From Candidatus Spongiisociaceae bacterium (GTDB lineage Bacteria > Actinomycetota > Acidimicrobiia > Spongiisociales > Spongiisociaceae), in contig OZ253564.1 of assembly GCA_965262915.1 (NCBI GenBank), positions 2,592,001 to 2,656,000 on the forward strand: a stretch of DNA of 64,000 nt, in the 5' to 3' direction. Numbering within the stretch: the stretch's first letter is position 1; each line of letters opens with the position of its first letter. Positions 36,704 to 46,153 of the stretch are shown here, in pieces. Made by a program: the position numbers and the translations under genes. The notes beneath the pieces are model-generated. The model saw only the letters and a program-made list of their open reading frames with translations. It was not told where the DNA came from and did no database searches.

Positions 36704-39700
36704 ATGAGTCGGTTACCCGAGTACGTGGTCTTCGACCTGGAGACGAACGCCGACCGACCTGATCGGGCCGAGCACGAGATCATCCAGATCGGCGCCGTAG
36801 CCGCAGTCGGGAACGGCGAGGTGGATACGTTCGAGGCTCTGGTCCGGCCCCGGCGACCGCTGCCCGCCCGGATCACCGAGCTGACCGGGCTGGTGTACGG
36901 CGATCTGGCGGGCGCGCCGCCTCTCGGGCGCGTCCTGGGCGAGTTCTTCGAATGGCTCGGCGACCGGCCCCTGATCGCCCACAACGGGTTCGGCTACGAC
37001 TTCGTGGTTCTCGACGCTGCCGCGGCCGCGGAGGGGATCGTCGTGCCGGCCGGGGACCGGCTCGACACCTTGGAGTTGGCTCACCTCGTTCACCCCCGGG
37101 CCGGGTCCGGTATCCGCAGCGTGGACGGTGCCTCTCCTCCACCCGGACGCAGCCTCGACCACCTGGCGGCGGCCTACGATCTGGCCGGCCGGGACCGCCA
37201 CGACGCTCTGGTCGATTCCCGGATGACCCGGGCTGTCATGCTGGGCCTGCTCGAGGAACTGGATCGGGATTCGCCGGTGCGCCGCTTGCAGCGGTGGATC
37301 CTCGGCGTGTCCGCTCATCCGTGGGCGGGATTCGTGCAGCCGCAGTCCCGACCGCCGCCGCTCGCCGACGTGGTCCCCTCGGTTCCCGTTCCCGGACCGA
37401 TCGTCCCGACCGGCCGGTTCGACGCGGCTGCGATCGTGAGGGCATTCCGGTCGGGTGGTCGGTTGATGACCGGTGGCCGGACGCCCCGCGCCCAGCAGGC
37501 CGAGATGGCGATATCGGTGTGCAGAGCCTTCACCACCCGCGGTGGGCGTCGGATGATCGAAGCTCCCACCGGGACCGGCAAGACGCTGGCCTACCTGGTT
37601 CCCGCCATCGAGATGGCTCGGGCTTCGGGCCGCACCGCGGTGGTCACCCCACACTCGCGGGTACTGCAGGACCAGATCCTGACCACTCTGGAGCAACTCG
37701 AAACCGAGATCGGGCCCTTCACGAAGGTGGTGCTCAAGGGCAGGCAGAACTACATCAGCCTCAAGTCTCTCGATGCGGAACTCACCGGGATGGAGGAGGA
37801 ATCGGATCGCAGCCCGGTCCGCCATCCCACCGCCATGGCTCTGGCCATCCTGTGCGGATGGGTGGCCGAGACGCCCAGCGGCGACTGGGCGGACCTGCGA
37901 ACGAGGGCGCTGGAGGATCACCTGACTCCTCTGAGGTTCCTGCGGTGGAGGTTGCGAGTCGATACCCGGCCCGGGCCGGTGCGGGACCGCCTCGATGCGC
38001 TCGACTTCTACCGCCGCGCCTCGGGAACTCTGAGGACCGCCCACGTGGCCGTGCTGAACCATGCCCTCCTCGCCACGGGTCCGGAACTGGGGGAGGGATC
38101 CTTCAACCTGATCGTGGACGAGGCCCACGGGTTGGAGGACTCGGTCACCTCTGCGGCGACCCTCCAGGTGGAGGGAGAGCACCTAGAGAGGATATGCGAC
38201 GCTCTATGGGACCCGGAGACACGACGGGGTTTGGCGACGAGGCTGGCGGTTGCCATCGGGGTGGGTCTCCGGGACCGCAGGATCGATCGGATCCGCCGCG
38301 CCGGCGTCGAGGCCCGAGCGGCAATCAGGCGTTTCTCGGCGCCCCTGACGGAGTACGTGCGCGACCGGACCGGCGTGAGGCGGGAGGAAGCGGCGCGCTA
38401 CGGCTCCTCCTACCGGATCCGCCGGGGGGTCGACACCTACCACCCCTCGTACCGGACCGTTCTCGAAGCAGGCCGAGCCATGAGGCGCGCCCTCCGCGAG
38501 GTGACCGAGGCCCTTGACGCCATCAGCGTGCCGGAGCAACTCCACGGCCGGTACCGCCGCGACGCTCTGGAGGATGAATTGGCCCGGTTCGGCCGGGAGA
38601 TCTCCGACGCGGCCCTGCTGGTCCACTCCGTGCTCTCAGCCGCGGCCGACATGCGTCTCTTCGACGACGACCTGAGCGATCACCACTTGATCGACTGGAT
38701 CAACATCGCCGAGGTCTCCTTCGAAACGTTCGGGAGGGGACGCGACGGATTCGAGGCCGTTGGCGGGACCGCCGCGGAGGCCGGCCGCAGCGGGCAGGGA
38801 GAGTGGCGCTGGGCGCTACGGCGGGCTCCGCTGTCGGTGGCGGGCCTGCTGTCCGAACTGTGGGAAAGGAGCCACTCGGTGCTGCTCACCTCGGCCACGC
38901 TTCGGGCCGGTGACGACTTCGGTTACCTGGTCGGCCGCCTGGGACTCGGCTCGGTCGAGTCGAAGGTGATCGACACGCCGTTCGGGAATCTGCCCGAGAA
39001 CCATCTCCTCCTGCTGACCGACTACCTGCCCGCGCCACGGGGGCAGCTCATGGATCGGTTCACCGAGACCGAGGCCACCGAGATACCCAGGCTGTGCGTG
39101 GCGAGCGACGGCGGGGCACTTGTGCTCATGACGGCCCGGGCCCGGCTGGACTACGTGCGGGATCACGCCCGTGCCCATCTGGGGCCTCTCGAACTGGAGC
39201 TCATGGCCCAGGGAGACGGACCGTCGCCGGCTCTCGTGGAGCGGATGCGAAACGATCGGGACTCCTGCCTGCTCGGACTGCGGTCGTTCTGGGAGGGGAT
39301 CGATATCCCCGGCGACGCCCTGAGGTTGCTGGTGGTGGAGAAGGTTCCGTTCGATTCGATCGGCGATCCGGTGGTGGGTGCTCGCAGCGATCTGATCGAG
39401 ATGAGGGGACGGGACCCGTTTGCCGACTACATGGTCCCGCGGGCTGCCATCGCCTTCGCCCAAGGGGTGGGACGCCTGATCCGCACTGCCGACGACAAAG
39501 GCGTCACCGTCGTGCTGGACAGCCGCCTGCGCCGCCCCATCCCCTACCGCGACGTGCTGCTGCGCGGCCTGACCGGACCCCCATCCAAGCGGGAGATCGA
39601 CACTCCCGAGGCTGCCTACGACGCCATCACGGATCACCTGGGTCTCGACCTCGACCGGGTCCGGTGGGAGAGGATCCGCCGGATACCCGGGATCGAGACG

Positions 39701-41842
39701 TTGTCGCAGGCGGCCCTCGAGGTCGGTGACGATGGTTCCCCCGACCGCCCGGCCATCGCCCGGCGCTTGGAGAGGGCCCGGGAGTGGCTCGGTTTCGAGG
39801 AGTGGAGGCCGGGCCAGCACGAGGTGATGACCCGGTTCATGCGGGGCGAGGACGTGGTGGCGGTGCTGCCCACCGGGTTCGGCAAGTCGGTCACGTACCA
39901 GGTTCCGGCGCTGGTATCCCCCGGCGTGACGATGGTGGTGTCGCCGCTCATCGCCCTCATGCGGGATCAGGTCGACAACCTGCGGGCCCGAGGGGTCACC
40001 GAAGCGGCGGCCATCTACTCCGGAGTAGGCCAGGCGGAGCAGCAGGCGATCCTTGCCGGCGCGGCCGCCGGCCACATCAAGCTGTTGTACGTCAGCCCGG
40101 AGCGACTGTGGTCACCGGTGTTCCGCACCTGGTTGAAGGAGGTCGACGTGGCGCGGGTGGCGGTGGACGAGGCCCACTGCATCTCCCTGTGGGGCCACTC
40201 GTTCCGGCCGGAGTACGCCATGATCCCCCGTGCGGTTGCCGAGGTGACCGGCGCGAGGCTTCCCACCCTGGCGGTGACGGCCACCGCCACGAGCGAGGTT
40301 CTCGAGGACATCGCCGCCCTGCTCGACCTGCGGCCGTCGGGCCGACCGCTGGTCGGATCGGTCAACCGGCCCGAGATCCGCTACTACCTGGAGCGCTGCC
40401 GGAACCGCAAGGACCGTGATCTGCGCGTCATCCAGGTGGTGGAGGCCTTCCGCCGGCGGAGCGCCATCGTCTACGTGCCGACCCGCAGGGACACGACCCG
40501 CCTCTCCGGCCTGTTGCGCACCTTCGGCAACCGGGTGCGGCCCTACAACGGCGCTATGTGCTACACCGAGCGCCAGCACACCGAGGATGCGTTCCGCCAC
40601 GGCGAGATCGATGTGGTGGTGGCCACCAAGGCCTTCGGTCTGGGTATCGACAAACCGGACATCGCCCTGATCGTGCATCTGGAGATGCCCGCCTCCATCG
40701 AGGAGTACGTCCAGGAGACGGGACGGGTGGCCCGCGGTGCCCGCGACGGTACCGGACCGGACATCGGAACCGCCGTGCTGCTGGTGACTCCCAACGACTG
40801 CGGCATCCACGAGTTCTTCGCGCGCTCGGCGGTTCCCGAACTCGAGGACATCGAGCGAGAGTTGGCTCCGCTGGCGGTGGGGATGAACTACATCGACCCT
40901 GCCCGGCTCAGCCGCCGTCCCGGTACGGAGGACGCGGAGCCCGACCAGCTCCGGGTCCTGGCGCTGCACTATCTGGACCGGGTGGGGGTCCTGCGCCGGC
41001 ACCGAGACTTCGTGCTGCGGGGCCGCGTCGCGCCGGTGGAGGACACCGGGCGGCGCCTCGCGGATCTGCGGACCCGCGATCCCGAGTCGGCTCGGAAAGC
41101 CGACGATGTCCTACGCATCGTGGAAAGAGAGGGAGGCGAGTACCGCGGTCTCGACTGGAGTTCACGTCTCGGTATGTCGCCCGGCGAGATCGAGGCTGTC
41201 CTGTTCGACATGCAGAAACGTGACATCTGCTGGTTCAGTAGCTGGAAGTACGGGTGGGTCTTCGAGAGGATCGAGGGGGTCCGGCCCGACCGGCGCCATC
41301 TCGACCGCTTGATCCGGCGTCGCCGACGGTCGGTCGAGGACCGCGCCCGCCGGGCGCGGCGCCTGGCTCATGGGCGTCCCGACTGCCGTCGCCGGGAGAT
41401 GCTGCGGTACCTGGGCGAGTCCGATCCCTTCGAACGCGGCTACTCCTGCGGGGGTTGTGACGCCTGCACCCCGGAACTTCCCCGTCCCTGGGCGGGGACC
41501 GGGATCGGTGTCGAGCAGATGCGGGAGGCCGTCCACGAAGGAGCCGACGCCATCATCCTGGTGTTGATCGACGATGTCGAAGGTGGCCGGTGGTCGAGGC
41601 GCAACCTGGTGCGGACGCTGCGTGGGGAGGGCGGCGGTCTCCATCCCCTGCCCGAGCGCCTCCGGTTGCACAGCTGTTTCGACCGGCTGGGGCTGCTCGA
41701 CCCCGAAGAGGTGGAAGGGATGATCGACGGGATGATCAGGGACGGCTACCTCGAGGAGGTCCGGCCCGGGGGCCGGACCTACAAGACGCTCCGGCTCACC
41801 GATGACGGTCGTAGCCTCCTCCGGGGCCGCTACTCCCGGTAG
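36704..41842 (+). CDS. Multidomain DEDDh 3'-5' exonuclease / DinG-type helicase / RecQ-type helicase fusion
   Basis: Exonuclease: FDLET, AHNGFGYDF, HDALVD. DinG: EAPTGTGKT, KGRQNY, DEAH, TSATL, SFWEGIDIPG, QGVGRLIR. RecQ: PTGFGKS, VSPLIALMRDQV, DEAHCISLWGHSFRPEY, TAT, ATKAFGLGIDK, QETGR, Zn CRR..CGGCDAC, RQC-like end. Confidence 0.9.
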   Translation: MSRLPEYVVFDLETNADRPDRAEHEIIQIGAVAAVGNGEVDTFEALVRPRRPLPARITELTGLVYGDLAGAPPLGRVLGEFFEWLGDRPLIAHNGFGYDFVVLDAAAAAEGIVVPAGDRLDTLELAHLVHPRAGSGIRSVDGASPPPGRSLDHLAAAYDLAGRDRHDALVDSRMTRAVMLGLLEELDRDSPVRRLQRWILGVSAHPWAGFVQPQSRPPPLADVVPSVPVPGPIVPTGRFDAAAIVRAFRSGGRLMTGGRTPRAQQAEMAISVCRAFTTRGGRRMIEAPTGTGKTLAYLVPAIEMARASGRTAVVTPHSRVLQDQILTTLEQLETEIGPFTKVVLKGRQNYISLKSLDAELTGMEEESDRSPVRHPTAMALAILCGWVAETPSGDWADLRTRALEDHLTPLRFLRWRLRVDTRPGPVRDRLDALDFYRRASGTLRTAHVAVLNHALLATGPELGEGSFNLIVDEAHGLEDSVTSAATLQVEGEHLERICDALWDPETRRGLATRLAVAIGVGLRDRRIDRIRRAGVEARAAIRRFSAPLTEYVRDRTGVRREEAARYGSSYRIRRGVDTYHPSYRTVLEAGRAMRRALREVTEALDAISVPEQLHGRYRRDALEDELARFGREISDAALLVHSVLSAAADMRLFDDDLSDHHLIDWINIAEVSFETFGRGRDGFEAVGGTAAEAGRSGQGEWRWALRRAPLSVAGLLSELWERSHSVLLTSATLRAGDDFGYLVGRLGLGSVESKVIDTPFGNLPENHLLLLTDYLPAPRGQLMDRFTETEATEIPRLCVASDGGALVLMTARARLDYVRDHARAHLGPLELELMAQGDGPSPALVERMRNDRDSCLLGLRSFWEGIDIPGDALRLLVVEKVPFDSIGDPVVGARSDLIEMRGRDPFADYMVPRAAIAFAQGVGRLIRTADDKGVTVVLDSRLRRPIPYRDVLLRGLTGPPSKREIDTPEAAYDAITDHLGLDLDRVRWERIRRIPGIETLSQAALEVGDDGSPDRPAIARRLERAREWLGFEEWRPGQHEVMTRFMRGEDVVAVLPTGFGKSVTYQVPALVSPGVTMVVSPLIALMRDQVDNLRARGVTEAAAIYSGVGQAEQQAILAGAAAGHIKLLYVSPERLWSPVFRTWLKEVDVARVAVDEAHCISLWGHSFRPEYAMIPRAVAEVTGARLPTLAVTATATSEVLEDIAALLDLRPSGRPLVGSVNRPEIRYYLERCRNRKDRDLRVIQVVEAFRRRSAIVYVPTRRDTTRLSGLLRTFGNRVRPYNGAMCYTERQHTEDAFRHGEIDVVVATKAFGLGIDKPDIALIVHLEMPASIEEYVQETGRVARGARDGTGPDIGTAVLLVTPNDCGIHEFFARSAVPELEDIERELAPLAVGMNYIDPARLSRRPGTEDAEPDQLRVLALHYLDRVGVLRRHRDFVLRGRVAPVEDTGRRLADLRTRDPESARKADDVLRIVEREGGEYRGLDWSSRLGMSPGEIEAVLFDMQKRDICWFSSWKYGWVFERIEGVRPDRRHLDRLIRRRRRSVEDRARRARRLAHGRPDCRRREMLRYLGESDPFERGYSCGGCDACTPELPRPWAGTGIGVEQMREAVHEGADAIILVLIDDVEGGRWSRRNLVRTLRGEGGGLHPLPERLRLHSCFDRLGLLDPEEVEGMIDGMIRDGYLEEVRPGGRTYKTLRLTDDGRSLLRGRYSR

Positions 41843-41855
41843 GAGCCGCCGCCTG

Positions 41856-42022
41856 TAGTGGTCTGTCTGCAAAACAACTTGCCGTGCTCTGGCAGCCATC
41901 GACGCCCCTCGCTGTGTTCCGCCTCCTCGATGTACCGCTGCGGGTACGCCTTCGTCGGCGGGCCTTGGGAGGAACGCCGCTGCCGGCGCATACCACCCCG
42001 CCGTCTCACGGACAGACCAGTA
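41856..42022. mobile_element. 167-bp MITE, family A, copy 1
   Basis: Ends TAGTGGTCTGTC...GACAGACCAGTA; internal GTACC-N-GGTAC palindrome; closely similar to 56995-57161. Confidence 0.85.
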
Positions 42023-42036
42023 GTATTCGCAGGTCG

Positions 42037-43845
42037 ATGGCGTTCCTGACACCCGAGAACATCCCCAGCCGTTCCGGCGTGCCGGACCGGCTCCGACAGG
42101 TGGCACGGGCCTTGCGGGACTTCATGCCCTACGAGACGACGGTCTGGCTGGCGGAGAAGGAGGGGGGCGCCCCCTACCTGGAGGTGCTCGACCCCGCGGC
42201 GGGGATTGTCGTGATCGAGGCCCCGCCCATAAGGGTGGGTGGACGCCGGCGCCGCCGCCCGTGGCGCGCCTTCAGCGAGCAGGACATGGTCCGTATCCGG
42301 GATGACATGGCCGAGCGCGCCGAGGATCTGCGGAAGCGCATCGACCGGGCGCTGGTGAGGTCGCTACCCGTGAGGTGTGTCCTGGCTGCTCCGGACCATG
42401 ACGAGGTGCCTGTGAGCGCCCTCGATTCGGTGCAGGGCGATCTGCCGCTACTCACCCGGTCCGACATGACCGGGTCCCGTCTCCGGCCTGCCATCGGCCG
42501 CATCCTCGGCAGCCTGACGATGACCCCGCTGACCGAGCAGGAGGAGAACCGGGCCCGGGCGGTTATCAACCCCGAGATCGTTCTCGGCGCGACCGAGGGC
42601 TACGAGACCCTTCCACTGTTCCAGGATCCCGACATCGCGCCCGGGGACATCATCCGGGTGATGGACCGCGAACAGGAACGGGTGGCGGAGCATCTCGGGT
42701 GGGGGTACAGGATGTTGCGCGGCGTGGCAGGCAGCGGCAAGACGCTGGTGCTCACGCACCGGGTCCGCCATCTCCACCGGCTCTTCCCGAACTGGCGGAT
42801 CCTGTTGTTGTGTTACAACCGGTTGCTGGCGAACGCGCTGCAGATGATGGTGGACGAGAGCGACCGCGTGGATGTCACCAACATCGACCGCCTGGCCTAC
42901 CGGCTGGCCGGGCAGGAGAGCGGCCGTGGCCGGCCCGATTTCGAAGAGTTGAGAAAGCGGGCGGCGGTCAAGGCAGGCCGGCTGCCGGACTCCCGGCGCT
43001 ACGACGTGGTGCTGGTCGACGAGGCTCAGGATTTCGGCCGCCAAGGTCTCGAGCTCGCCTACGCGATGTTGAAGCCGTCGCGCCGGGATCTCGGTGCGGC
43101 CGGGCGTAACCTGCGGTCGTACCGGGCCGGACACTTCGTGATGGCCCTGGACAGCGCCCAGAACGTCTACAGGCGGAGCATGACGTGGAACCCCCCGGGA
43201 CTCACGGCTCGGGGACGCACGACGGTCTTCCGGCGCAACTACCGCAACACCCGGGAGATCCTGGAGCTCGCCTGGACCTTTCTCGAAGGATCGCCCGACC
43301 GCTCGCCGCCGGTCTCCGATGGGGGTGACTCCAAGGACCGTATCGAGCCGGAGGCGGCCCCCAGAAGCGGTCCGGTACCCCGACTGCTCGACTGCCGGGA
43401 CCTGCGGGGCGAGGCCGAAGCCATCGCCGCCGAGATCGGGCGCCTCACCACCGACGGAGTGGATGTCGGCGACATCGCCGTCATGTACGGCCACCGCGAG
43501 CTCGAGACGGAGCTGCAGAAGGCCTTCCGTCAGCGCCGTCTCCCCTACTTCCACATCCAGTACCAGGACCGTCGCGGCCGGAGGCCCAACCGGGACATAG
43601 CCATGGGTGTCCGGGACAAGGTGCGGGTCTCGACGCTCCAAGGTCTCAAGGGTCTCGAGTTCAGCCGGGTGTTCATCGGTGGGGTCAACCAGGCGTACGT
43701 CCACGACGTCGCCGAGGAGGACCAGCCGGTCGCCGTCAAGCAGCTTCTCTACGTGGCCATGACCAGGGCCATGGACAGACTCGTCATCACGATCTCGGGT
43801 GATGGGGAGTCGGGCCGGGCGCTCCGGAACGCCCAGTCGGGGTAG
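42037..43845 (+). CDS. SF1 UvrD/Rep-like helicase with a degenerate N-terminal NERD-like domain
   Basis: IRVMDREQ, GVAGSGKT, LVDEAQDF, DSAQNVY, NYRNT, KGLEF, LYVAMTRA. The ORF-track extension back to 41884 lies within the MITE. Confidence 0.88.
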   Translation: MAFLTPENIPSRSGVPDRLRQVARALRDFMPYETTVWLAEKEGGAPYLEVLDPAAGIVVIEAPPIRVGGRRRRRPWRAFSEQDMVRIRDDMAERAEDLRKRIDRALVRSLPVRCVLAAPDHDEVPVSALDSVQGDLPLLTRSDMTGSRLRPAIGRILGSLTMTPLTEQEENRARAVINPEIVLGATEGYETLPLFQDPDIAPGDIIRVMDREQERVAEHLGWGYRMLRGVAGSGKTLVLTHRVRHLHRLFPNWRILLLCYNRLLANALQMMVDESDRVDVTNIDRLAYRLAGQESGRGRPDFEELRKRAAVKAGRLPDSRRYDVVLVDEAQDFGRQGLELAYAMLKPSRRDLGAAGRNLRSYRAGHFVMALDSAQNVYRRSMTWNPPGLTARGRTTVFRRNYRNTREILELAWTFLEGSPDRSPPVSDGGDSKDRIEPEAAPRSGPVPRLLDCRDLRGEAEAIAAEIGRLTTDGVDVGDIAVMYGHRELETELQKAFRQRRLPYFHIQYQDRRGRRPNRDIAMGVRDKVRVSTLQGLKGLEFSRVFIGGVNQAYVHDVAEEDQPVAVKQLLYVAMTRAMDRLVITISGDGESGRALRNAQSG

Positions 43846-43941
43846 TGGTTGCTGGCTCGACTGCCGGGTTGGTGACATCGGCCTTCCCGGCTTGCAATTC
43901 TGTCAATAGTGGCTTATGTGAGATTGTGGTATACTGCGTGT

Positions 43942-44295
43942 ATGGATAACTCGTCAAGTCTCGCTGCAACCCGCGCTCCGCCGGAGCGACCCAGCGAGCG
44001 GCCTCCGACTGATGATCGGGCCCCGGTAGATGCCGCGGAGGTCGCTGGAGGTGAGGACCGGGAGAGACCATTCCTCGTTATCGACATGTCCAAGATGGAT
44101 CCTGATATCAGGGCGTCGATCGTGGACGACTGCACGCCCCCGGAGGAGACACCCCAAGAGCGGGCGGAGCGCCTCGATCGGTGCAAGGCCGCCACCGCCG
44201 AGTACGACGCCGAGTTCGGTCCCCTGAAGCCCGAGGAGAAGGCTTGGGCGGACTCCGTCTTGGACGGGAGTGGCGACTGGATGGACGAGCCGTGA
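43942..44295 (+). CDS. Putative antitoxin
   Basis: TATACT -10 box 6 nt before the ATG; acidic C-terminus AEYDAEFGPLKPEEKAWADSVL; stop overlaps the PIN gene start (GTGA). Confidence 0.6.
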   Translation: MDNSSSLAATRAPPERPSERPPTDDRAPVDAAEVAGGEDRERPFLVIDMSKMDPDIRASIVDDCTPPEETPQERAERLDRCKAATAEYDAEFGPLKPEEKAWADSVLDGSGDWMDEP

Positions 44296-44672
44296 CATCG
44301 GGGATCACTTACGACACGGGCGCGCTGATCGCGGCCGAGCGAAAAGAGAAACGCGTCTGGCGGTTTCACAGGCGCCTGGTGGATCGGGGCATCGAACCGA
44401 CGGTACCCGCCGGTGTGCTCGCCCAGGCATGGCGGGGTGGATCCCGACAGTACTGGTTGACCAGGTTCCTTTCCGATTGCCGGATCGAAGCGCTGGACGA
44501 GTCCCTGGCTCGTGAGATAGGCGTCATCTGCCACCAGCACGGGGTGACCGACGTCGTGGACACATCCGTGGTGGCCGGCGCATCCCGCCGAGGGGATCAG
44601 GTCGTCACGCGTGACCGCCCGGATGTGGTCTCTCTCGCCAGGTCGATGGGAGTCTCGGTAAGTTACGGGTGA
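44292..44672 (+). CDS. PIN-domain (VapC-like) toxin
   Basis: ITYDTGALIAAER, VPAGVLAQAWRG, DVVDTSVV, VVTRDRPD. Confidence 0.85.
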   Translation: MTSGITYDTGALIAAERKEKRVWRFHRRLVDRGIEPTVPAGVLAQAWRGGSRQYWLTRFLSDCRIEALDESLAREIGVICHQHGVTDVVDTSVVAGASRRGDQVVTRDRPDVVSLARSMGVSVSYG

Positions 44673-44932
44673 ACAATGGGCTGACCGGCGCGGCAAAACG
44701 GCCCACGCGGCTGCATTCCGAAGCGAGTGTTGATCAGAATCACCGTAGGCAGGCCTTCCATATCCCAGCCTGCCACCGCCACGATATCTTGTCTTCCATG
44801 GGTACCTTCTGTATCCACCCTGATGTTTGCGCGAAGCACTCGCTCGATGTCCTCTTCGGTTCTGTGTCTCAGGGTGGCGGGATGAGTATCCAGATATTGC
44901 CCTTGGAACCGGATAGGCAGGTAAAGCCCCGT

Positions 44933-45232
44933 TCAGGCACTTGCAACAGGCAACAGCGCTTCGATCCCGGACCGAACCTCCGGAGGCAGGCGAGACAGAA
45001 GAGACTCCTTATCGGGCCCTACTGCCATGGTGAGTATGTCAGCCGCCTCCTCCATTCCGACCTCGAGCAGATGGCTAACCTGCCGGTCGGTCTCCCACCG
45101 GGCGAAAATACCGAACGCCCATTCCCTTACCTGTTCCTCCAACTCAGGCCCGGCGGGAGTTCCCTTCCACCCCAGCCGCTGGTGAGGATCATCCAAGATC
45201 GCCACCATCTCATCAATACTCATATCTCTCAT
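44933..45232 (-). CDS. Hypothetical protein (lower GC)
   Basis: Protein-like ORF MRDMSIDEMVAILDDPHQRLGW...; no family recognised. Confidence 0.4.
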   Translation of the reverse strand: MRDMSIDEMVAILDDPHQRLGWKGTPAGPELEEQVREWAFGIFARWETDRQVSHLLEVGMEEAADILTMAVGPDKESLLSRLPPEVRSGIEALLPVASA

Positions 45233-45423
45233 ACTCACGAGTCCACTTTCGTAGCCGCTCGTCCGGAGCGGAGGGTCGAAGGGCCGCGCCTGTCGTACAG
45301 CCCTTCCCGTGCCGGCACGGTTTTCTTGTCTCGACCGGATAGCCGAGTGACCGGTCGCGCGCCGGTGCGCCTCGGATCCGCCCCCGATCGGGATGGATCC
45401 CGCCGTGGATGCGGCGCAGGCTG

Positions 45424-45927
45424 ATGTCACCACGGCGGTGGTTGGTCGGGGTCGCCCTGGTCGTGGCCGGCTGTGCAACGTCGCTGCTCCCGAGTGACAC
45501 TTCCTCGGCCGACCCGACTACTCCCGGGCCGCTTCCGGCGACCGGCGCCGGGATGTCCGGAACGGGCCCGGCCTGGCCCGACTTCCGGTCGGCGGTAGAC
45601 GCTGTCGAGACCGAACTTGCTCGGCTCGGATACGAGAACCTCGGAGGCGATCACCCGGGTCCGACTTCCGTCGCCTTCCTGGTGGTCGGCTCGGACGGCG
45701 CGCCCGAGGTGGAGGTCGCGCTGGGTTGGTCCCAAGCTGCTCCCATGGGAGCCTTCAGCACCATCGTCAACACCGTCTCCGGGATGGACGGGATTCAGCG
45801 CGGGCCGGGCCGAGGCGGAGTGTGGTTCCTGTGCGGTCCGCTCTATGTCGAGATGCTCGCCGGGGACCTGCCGGACGCCGCGAGTCTCGCCGACCGGCTG
45901 ATAGACGAGATCTGCCGGCATGCCTGA
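45424..45927 (+). CDS. Hypothetical lipoprotein
   Basis: Signal peptide with lipobox VAGC. Confidence 0.7.
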   Translation: MSPRRWLVGVALVVAGCATSLLPSDTSSADPTTPGPLPATGAGMSGTGPAWPDFRSAVDAVETELARLGYENLGGDHPGPTSVAFLVVGSDGAPEVEVALGWSQAAPMGAFSTIVNTVSGMDGIQRGPGRGGVWFLCGPLYVEMLAGDLPDAASLADRLIDEICRHA

Positions 45928-46153
45928 CCGCCACCGGTCGTCATCGGACGCGGCGCCGGAACGGATGGAGACGCCCCGGCGGGAGACCGACGCGGCGTCG
46001 GCCATGGTCGTGAAGGCTGTCCGGGTAGGGAGGAGAGTCCGGGGAAATCCACCAGCGGCCTGTCGCTTGGCAACAGGCCGCCAGACAATCCGGCGAGGGA
46101 CTCGTGGCAATCGCCGTTGTCGAGCACCCTCCTGGCTGTCAGCTGGGCTGGAA

